Of a DNA stretch of 64,000 nucleotides, positions 55,480-64,000 are shown piece by piece. The stretch is from contig OX597814.1 in assembly GCA_951406725.2 (NCBI GenBank), forward strand, positions 152,086,001-152,150,000. Reading direction: 5' to 3'. A program made the translations under genes and the position numbers. Source of the stretch: Octopus vulgaris (taxonomy: Eukaryota). A model generated the notes under the pieces. It was not told where the DNA came from and did no database searches. It saw only the letters and a program-made list of their open reading frames with translations. Position 1 is the first letter of the stretch; each line of letters opens with the position of its first letter.

Positions 55480-56520
55480 TTACAAACAGCTGAACAATAA
55501 GAATGGACTTAAGGAGAATGGTATACCAGATACTGAACCTGTAAGAAAGTTTTAGTAAGCTATTTGGTTCAAGAAATGAAATAGATTGGTTACGCAAGTT
55601 TAAAAGTGGAACACAACAACGAAGCTGCTTAGTTTGAAAGGTAAACGAAAAATAGGCCAAGAAAGCGAATTTACAGGATGTTCATAAATTATCGTTACAA
55701 CTTCTACAATTTAATATGTTTATTAAAGTTGAGATCCATCGATCAACTTCTTTGTATGTAAAATATATATTAATAAATTATTCTGACGTTTCCAATAAAC
55801 TCTGTTCAGCTATCTTTATTTTTCATTTTTTTTCCCTGAATTTTCAAATTGTAAAGGTAATTCATGGACACCTCGTATGTATATATACATACATACATAA
55901 GTACGTACGTACGTGCGTGCGTGTGTGTGTGTTTCTCTGTGTGCTTAAAAAGGAACCAAATTTTGTAGGAATATACAAACGTCTCTTATAGTTTATATAG
56001 AAAATTGAAGTACCAACATGAATGACAAAGATAGGCTAGTGTTAAAAAAAGACTGATGAAGAAAATGGAGAAGTTTTTTTTTATAGCAAATCTATTACGT
56101 GCTTACCATTGCTTTGGGAAATGATTTCGTAGCAGTTGTTTAACTTTCTTAAGAATGCGTGATTGTTACCGGGAGAACAATAGAGATTCAGAAAGAAATC
56201 AAAAGGAACTTCTGATCTATTGTTTAACGCTAGAATGATACTAAATGAAGAGCCGACCAGAAAGAACTTAGCTATCCGTAGGGTAGACAGGAAAGTATAC
56301 GGTAACATACGACTGTATTGACTTTTGGATTGCCAAAAAGATCTCGAGGCCAATTAGAAAATTAATAGTTTATTTAATAAAGTGTTGAGATCATGGCAAA
56401 TTGAACTGAAGAGCGGAAGTAAGTCACTGGGAAATGTGATAATCCGGAAGAGAATATTTCAGGCAGACTCGTTTTCTCTAAATATTCCTTTCACAAGCCT
56501 ACTGGGAAAGTTTAGCTCTG
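55480..56520 (+). mobile_element. R4/Dong-like RT remnant downstream of (TAA)/(TAG)n
   Basis: VEHNNEAA..LPGEQ*RFRKKSKGTSDLL..RKNLAIRRVD..SWQIELKSGSKSLGNVIIRKRIFQADSFS. Confidence 0.85.
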
Positions 56521-57119
56521 ATTATGAGCTTGCTGTGAACTAGAAGATATAAACGCAATTGCTGCAAATTAACAGAAATCCTACTTCCTTCATATCTGGA
56601 ACTGTTGAAATCGAATCGAGATGTTTGACGTTTTAAAATCCAGTGTTAGATCTGACTCAATTCAATGCGAATTTTATTTGAAATGTTTGAGTGACTTTAA
56701 TTAGAAACCGATATTTAACTCGATTTTCAAATATAGAATGCTCTTTCTTTTCCTTTATGAGTTGTTAAGTCACCCCTCTCTCGCTCTCTCTTTCTCACGC
56801 TCTCTCTCCCTCTCTACTTATCTATCTATCTATCTCTCACACACACACGCATATATGCATGTCTGTATATTTATGTATATATCTGAATCTACTTAATATG
56901 TGTAAGTACATACACAAACACACAGCCATATATATATGTTGTTAAATGCTCGAAATACGAGACTAGAAAAGCAGTCAACAACTGATGAAAGGTCGTTCTT
57001 TATGTTGTTTGTTTTGCTTTCCATTTGTGTCTTTTGTTGTTCGAAAGAATAGTTCATGTTCCACTTACTCGTGCTTTGTACTTTTTTGTTGTTTCGTGAC
57101 GTCCTGTGCCCACATATGC

Positions 57120-57154
<35 letters not shown>

Positions 57155-57250
57155 GTATAGATGTATGTACATATATGTATATATATATATTATTTATATT
57201 ATTATATGAATGAACGCCACGCATCCTCTTCCAGGTATATATATATATGC

Positions 57251-57295
<45 letters not shown>

Positions 57296-57429
57296 TATAT
57301 ATACATGTAAACACACACACACACACAGATATATAGATTTAAATATAAATAAATCAAGGGATCCCTCCTTCCCATAATGATGAAACAAAACCAGAAATAC
57401 AACTTGCACTAAAATTGCAAGCCTCAAAA

Positions 57430-58760
57430 ATTAGAGAAGATCGGCTTAACACAAAAGCTGAAGTTGACGCAAAAAAAAAAAAAGAAGCAAGAAATGTACA
57501 GCAATTCAATTGGAGGTAAACTTCAAATGCAAAATAAGTCAAAGCTTAATATGTACAATTTGTAATGAAACAGAAGTTTTTAATGTGTTTAAACATCGCA
57601 AAACATATAGAGAAGTGTTGAAACTGAATTACCTGAAAAGACGTTTATCACACGAGGAACATATTTCTGTTATCGAAATTCTTTGAATCGAGATTAGTGA
57701 AGCATTAAAAGTACTTTTTGAGGAAAGTTCAGATAAAGTAAGAAGCAGAAAAGAGAAAGCAGTAAAGGCCTCCAGGAAAATGACTTACTTATACAATGAG
57801 TTACTTGCAATATAAATATTCGCCTCAATGAACTCTGTAGAATATATACATTATAATATGTCTGAATAAGTACGCAGGCCAACACGTTAGCTTTGGCAAA
57901 ATTATATATTTAGGTTTGTAGAATCAATATATAGCGTTATCCATCCAAACGTTATGTCAGAAGTTCGACAATCAATATATCGTTCTGTAATTGTTGATGA
58001 AAGCAGGTATTTTTGAAGTAAAATGGTTATCCTGAGTTTAGGAAAAAGCTACTAGACTCTATAAGACAAAGTTTCGGAAGAATTAAATTCTGATTCTAAC
58101 AACACAATGTAGTATATACTGCAAAAGAACTACAAGAATGTTTTTTTTTTGGGGGGGTGTGTATGTGAGTGTAAAAATAAAAACTGTCCATTTTAGATGG
58201 TGGATCTATAATGCTACGAACAACTCGACTTAAACAAAATATTTCTCCTCTTATAGAGTAACACTTTGTCGCACCTCGTGATGATTTTACCATACCCAAT
58301 GCTAAGAATATAGTCCCTGTAACAAAAGTAGAAACTTTACTTGTAACAGTCTTTCGAAATAAAGAAGTTGAAGAGTAAGAGGAAATTAGTAGGATTTAGT
58401 GACTCGCTATCATTTCATGCTTCTAATGAAGCCTGGTGATTATCAAGACATTAACTTCCTTCGCAAAGCATAAGCACGAATTTATAAAATCTTTCGATTT
58501 AATCGCTAAATACTGTCGCAAAAAATTTTCCTATGAAACTAAAATGAGATGTTTGCAATAAATGATATTCTTAATAAACTGATGAAACTAAGCAAATTCT
58601 AACCAGAGTAAATAACGTAGTTTTGCATTATGTTTTAGTTTATGCGTCAGGTCATATAACCATTAGTGGTACCAGTGAGTCATTTTGATTATGGCCTACT
58701 CGTCAGGTTGTTCAGTAATCTTGGTAATAACGGCCGGACTAATTCTTCATAGAAATTCTT
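57430..58760 (+). mobile_element. Degraded hAT transposase (ZNF862-like type)
   Basis: LICTICNE..LKRRLSHEEH (zinc finger), SVIVDES, LDGGSIML and HFVAPR (compare HCVAHR) occur in the expected order. Confidence 0.7.
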
Positions 58761-59034
58761 GACTGGAGCCGTTGTTATATTATTGATATTCCTGAAGGTT
58801 TACAAACAGGAAAGGAAACACTTGCAATATAAAAAAAAACCAATATTTTTTGGAAACATGACTAGAAAATGACAGGTCAAAATGCAATTGCATCCCACAG
58901 CGAAGACAAACTTTTAACACTTCCATGTTATATGAGTATTTGAAGAAATAATTGTTTACAAATGCGTTTGGTGGTGCGCTTCATTTTCCTTTACTATTCG
59001 TATTAGAAGAAATCTCCCATGACTTTGGCACATA

Positions 59035-59295
59035 GGATGCTGTCGGCTGCGGGGTCATTCCGAAAAGCTCTATCTGCGACGATTTCATCTCAATTGAAGG
59101 AGAGGGGCTTTCTCCGTCCGGGTTGCGGATCCGTGGAATAAGCTGCCAGACGAGATGGTGAAGATGCCGACGACCGCTCGGTTCAAAGTCTCCCTTGACC
59201 TCAAGTGGCCTGAACTCTTTACATGAACGCCACCCTGCACATGGCCTTGCTTTTTGCTTTTTGAGTCAAAAGATTAACTAACTAACTAACTAAAT
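59035..59295 (+). mobile_element. CR1 LINE 3' end with (CTAA)n tail
   Basis: RLRGHSEKLYLRRFHLN*RRGAFSVRVADPWNKLPDEMVKMPTTARFKVSLDLKW. Confidence 0.85.
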
Positions 59296-60099
59296 TTAAT
59301 GTGAAAATTCCAAGAATTCTTGAACTGTGTTAAAGAAAGTAACTCTTTGCTGAATCGTTAACACGCCGTACACAATGCTTAGCGGCATATCGTCTGTCTT
59401 TATGTTATGAGTTCAAATTCCCCCGAGGTCGACTTTGACTTTCATATTTTCGAAATCAAAAAAGTAAGTACCAGTTGAACTCTGGGGTCGATATAATAGA
59501 CTGCCCCTTCCAGTGAAATAGTTGGTCTTGAGCTAGACTTTGAAAGCAATATTATGAGGGAAGTATTTAATAGCTCAAAATGCAACAGTGATATTCTAGA
59601 AAACACTTCAACCAATATGGTCTACATTATGGAATAAGCCACGTCACAGATTTTTTATATATACCGCTATCCTTTACCTATTTCAGTCATTAGATTTTGG
59701 CCATGCTGGGGCATCGTCTTAGAGAAATTTTAGGCGAACGAATCGACCCTAGTATATTTTTTAAAGCCTTGTACTTATTCAATCGGATAGTTTTGCTAAA
59801 TCGCTAAGCTTCGGGGACGTAAACACACTAACAGCAGTTGTCAAGCGGTGGTGCAGAACAAATGCAGGTGCACACACACACACACATACACACACACACA
59901 CACACACACGCTTACACACACATACATATACATAAATACGTACATATATATGTAAATATATTTTTAAGTATATAATTATAGTTATATTTTTATAATTAAA
60001 TGCTTAAAAATTAATTTTACGGATATGGTGTTTTTTGTACACTAGCTACCGATAAAATCAATTTAATGATTATATCCTCAATTCATAAGTGTGTATATA

Positions 60100-60140
<41 letters not shown>

Positions 60141-61071
60141 GACAGGTTTCAGTTTCCATCTACCAAATCCACTCACAAGGTTTTGGTCGGCCATTATAGC
60201 AGAAGACATTTGCCCAAGGTGCCAAGCAGTCGGACTGAACCTGGAACCATGTGTTTGGAAAGCAAATTTTTTTACCGCACAGCTACTCTGGGCCCATGTG
60301 TAACATTGCAAGAAACGAATGTTGACTGTAACCATGGATTCAGTCATAAGACTACCACTTTAACAACTCGAGAACAGATTACAAGAATGCTGCTTCGATA
60401 TGTCTGTACGAATCAATTCCTGTAAATGTAGAAGGGAAATAAATCTTTAAAATTGTACACGCATTTGAAACATGTAAAGCGTGCAAGAAAAAATAATCTT
60501 ATAATCTTTTTTGATAACTGAATGCTGATTACTAAAAGGCTTTTAACTGTGTTCTACTTCTGTGGATTCTTAAAACCTAAGACATGAATAAGGTAACATC
60601 AACATACAATGGGTGCAACCGATACAATCAAAGGAAGGGATTTATAAAACGAAAGTCAATATTCGAAAGATACTATCTCTTTCTTTCTTTTATCTCTCGT
60701 TTTCTTCTCGATTCTTTTCTGTTTGGTACCAACATCTTTGACAGACAGATTGAATTTACAACTGCTGTTGATTGACAATAAAGCGCCTCTTGCATGTGAA
60801 AGAACTCAAGCTGTGTGTGCAGCAGATTTAAAATATTCGAAGCACTGTTGCATATGGAGAACGGATTCAAAAGAGAAGTTAGTATGAAATTATCCTTAGA
60901 AAAATGCATCAAAGTGAACTCAAAAAGACAAAATAACTAATAAACAACACTAATTCATGTTAGATACAAGAGAGATAAAAAAAAAATGAAAACCATGATT
61001 TATCTCAGAAGATCCTAAATAATAAACATAAACAAAAGAAAGAAAAGGTTACTTTAAACGCATTAGATTAC

Positions 61072-61300
61072 AGGCTGCGAGCTGGTAGAAACGTTAGCAA
61101 GCTGGGCGAAATGCTTAGTGGTATTTCGTCTTCCGTTATGTTCTGAGTTCAAATTCCGCCGAGGTCAACTTTGCCTTTCATCCTTTCGGGGTCGATAAAT
61201 CAAGTACCAGTAACTCACTGGGGTCGATATAATAGACTTAATCCCTTTGTCCTTGTTTGTCCCGACTATATTTAGCCTCATGTGGGCAATAAAGAAATAA
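61072..61300 (+). mobile_element. Best-preserved Nin/Deu-like tRNA SINE in the window
   Basis: gagctggtagaa A box, gagttcaaattcc B box and ctttgcctttcatcctttcggggtcgataaatcaagtaccag domain. More decayed copies lie at ~9800, 10240, 11330, 29850, 59350 and 63270. Confidence 0.85.
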
Positions 61301-61330
61301 GATTACTATTTAAGATTGAACTATGTAAAT

Positions 61331-61363
<33 letters not shown>

Positions 61364-61493
61364 AACAATATCCTAGGTATTTCAGTTAATAGTATTAACT
61401 AGATGTTAAGTAAATTGGCAGCACTTGAACAACAAACCGTATAAAAAAATCAGGACAAAGTTTAGAAAACATGAAGCGTAGGCTGACACAGAA

Positions 61494-61539
<46 letters not shown>

Positions 61540-61949
61540 ATTCAGCACAAAAACAGGTAGGTTAGGTTTTCTAAAGCTAGAAAACTATTACAGGATATCT
61601 ACTGAAGAAGTATAAAAATATCGAGTAAAGAATAAACGAAATGAATAGCAAAAGTTGTAAAACGGTTATATGATTAATAAATTTTCGCTTACAAGGAGCC
61701 AACACATATAGAACAAGGGTGGGGTAACAAAGAACTGCAAGTGCGAATGTGAAGATAATTTGAAAAAAATTAAAAATAGGAGTACAAAATCATTTGTATA
61801 GAAAGAAGAAATAATATATATCACATGGAGCTAATACAGAAATAACTGGACACCAGACGCACGCGCTCCCACGCACATATACATATGCATATGTATATGT
61901 ACATATATATGTATACATACATACATATATCTGCATATATATATATTTT

Positions 61950-62192
61950 TTATTTATTTATGCACCCTTTTCAAGCCTAGCCAGGCTCATGGGTTCGGTA
62001 TCCCGGTTTCTGTGGAGTATGTGTTCCTCCCAGCTGGACGGGACGCCAGTCCATCGCAGCGTTACTAAAGAAACAGGAAGAGAGAGTGAAAGAAGGTTTG
62101 GGAGTACAACGGGGTCCCCCCGCCGCACCCTCGTGGAGCTTTAGGTGTTTTCGTCAATAACACACACAAACCCGGTCCTCCGACCGCGAGAG
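61950..62192 (-). mobile_element. 5'-truncated SINE of the 6608 family
   Basis: cccttttcaagcctagccaggctc..cccagctggacgggacg..ggagctttaggtgttttcg. Confidence 0.8.
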
Positions 62193-62194
62193 CA

Positions 62195-62276
<82 letters not shown>

Positions 62277-64000
62277 CAAAATAGAATATTACCCTTTAAA
62301 TTACCCTATTTCTAGCATGTCAAAATTACCTGTTAAAGGGTGATTAAAAAAGTGTTGTCTATTGACTTTTTATACCTGCTGGGCCACTGGTGGTGATACT
62401 TATAACGAGTATTCGCCACCCTATATATATATATATGTATAGCCAACGAAAGAACAGTTTGACAGCTATTAGGGGAGCCTCTGCGTAGTGGCCCGACTTG
62501 CTAGACACACCATCCAGATCTTCCTGAAATCTCACTCTACAATTTATGAGTACCGAGGCGCTGTATTTGATAAAGAAACAGTAAGACGGGATGATCGCGG
62601 TGATATTTTACCATAGAGTTACTCGATTATCTTCATCTTGACTACACAACAACAATAGCTATAGATATAAACACATGCAGTGACATCATAGTCACCATAC
62701 ATGAACACAGGGATAAATACAATACCATCATTGATGCTTACCATAGTCATAGACATCATTTTGCTTAAAAATCAACAGGGAGATTCTATTTGACTGCTAG
62801 AAATAACAGTTAAATCCTCTACCACGCTGCATTTTCTTAACAAAACTCAAATTGAATTATGTATTTGGGGCTACAATAAACATAAAGAATAGTGGGAATG
62901 ATCAGAGCTCTAATGCCTTTGATCATGGAATTTTCAGATCGGGATCTAGATAGAATTAAATATCCACCCCTTTTGCAACAAGGAAATATAGCTGGATAAC
63001 ATTAGATGAGGTATTATTAGTATTATAACCATTACTGGAACAGAAAAGAAAAATTCATCAGAAGAGCCTTTTATAACCAAAATGATCAGCAAAATTAGAA
63101 AGATTTGAAAGCAAAAGTGACAATATCTTCACAGAATATTGAACATATCCTGACTAATTTCATCAAAGGGAACAGCCGAAAACGATTTGTGTTATTATAA
63201 TAAAATGTCAGTTTATGAGCAGAGCTCTCTACCGAATAGTAGAATGAGTAATATTATATCTCCTCGGAACGGTGAATGACGAAATTGGTAGATACCTTGT
63301 GGTAACTGTTAGTTGCTTCACTTTATATTCAAAATTCGAATCACGCTGAGGTGAACAATGTCTTTCATCCTTTCTCGCTCGATAAACTAAATACCAGCGG
63401 AGTACTGGGCTCGATATGATCGATTGTTTCCCCTCCCGTAAAATGTATAGCCGTCTACCTGACTCAGCAATCAATAATTAATTCTCTCATCTGTGTGAGA
63501 GAGAACATCTATGTGGTCGAAATACCCGCAGTAAAGAGGAACCAAATCTTTATCTATCTCTCTCTCTCACACCCTCTCTCCCTTTTCTCTCTCTTTCTCT
63601 TTCTCTCTCTCTTTCTATTTATCAATCTATCTATATATTTCTCATATCTCATATCATTGCATTAGATAAATAAATAAAAAGGAAGGACATATTGGATAAT
63701 GCAATTTCATATACACTGTCTCTTAATATAAAAAATATGGGACGCTCATGGTTGGAACGCCTTTGATCGTAGGTTTGTTTAGTGAGAGCCAACTCGGACT
63801 AATCTATTACAATAACTCAAAGAAACATCAATGGTAGTAACATTAATATACATAAATTGCCTATTGTGTGTGCAACTGCTTCTGTAGTCATAGAACCAAA
63901 ACTAGCTAGTTTATAAGGGAAGAGGAAAATGCATCCAACCATACCAAAATAGCAAATCAGGATCATAAAAGAAGAATGGATCGATAAAAAACAAAACAAC

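Noticed and set aside
56945-57050. Hammerhead around CTGATGA at ~56982
   Set aside because: No consistent stems link it to a GAAA and cleavage triplet.
60584-60912. Host exon
   Set aside because: No recognisable homology and no partner exons or convincing splice pair.
63817-63999. Hydrophobic membrane-protein ORF
   Set aside because: It is cut by the window edge, and T-rich composition alone explains the hydrophobicity.

Overview
AT-rich, microsatellite-dense eukaryotic DNA with no recognisable intact host gene. The SINE families and repeat landscape suggest a cephalopod, probably Octopus (inference). Most of the supplied ORFs are artefacts of (TA)n, (CA)n, (TATC)n or triplet repeats. The window is mostly transposon remnants: tRNA-derived SINEs, Helitron-like and hAT MITEs, mariner, DD37D and hAT transposase relics, CR1 and RTE 3' ends, and many R4/Dong-type (RLE) non-LTR pieces. 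Two themes stand out. (1) Fold-back palindromes built from Penelope-like element (PLE) 3' ends carrying type I hammerhead ribozyme motifs: a ~2 kb palindrome whose loop is the last ~50 codons of a GIY-YIG PLE ORF, plus two smaller palindromes near 14 kb. (2) Two R4/Dong-like lineages sitting in different microsatellites: (TAA)n for one, and (TACA)n for the other, which forms a head-to-tail train of three copies at 45-49 kb. All family calls come from motif recognition by eye, not database searches, and the boundaries of degraded elements are approximate.
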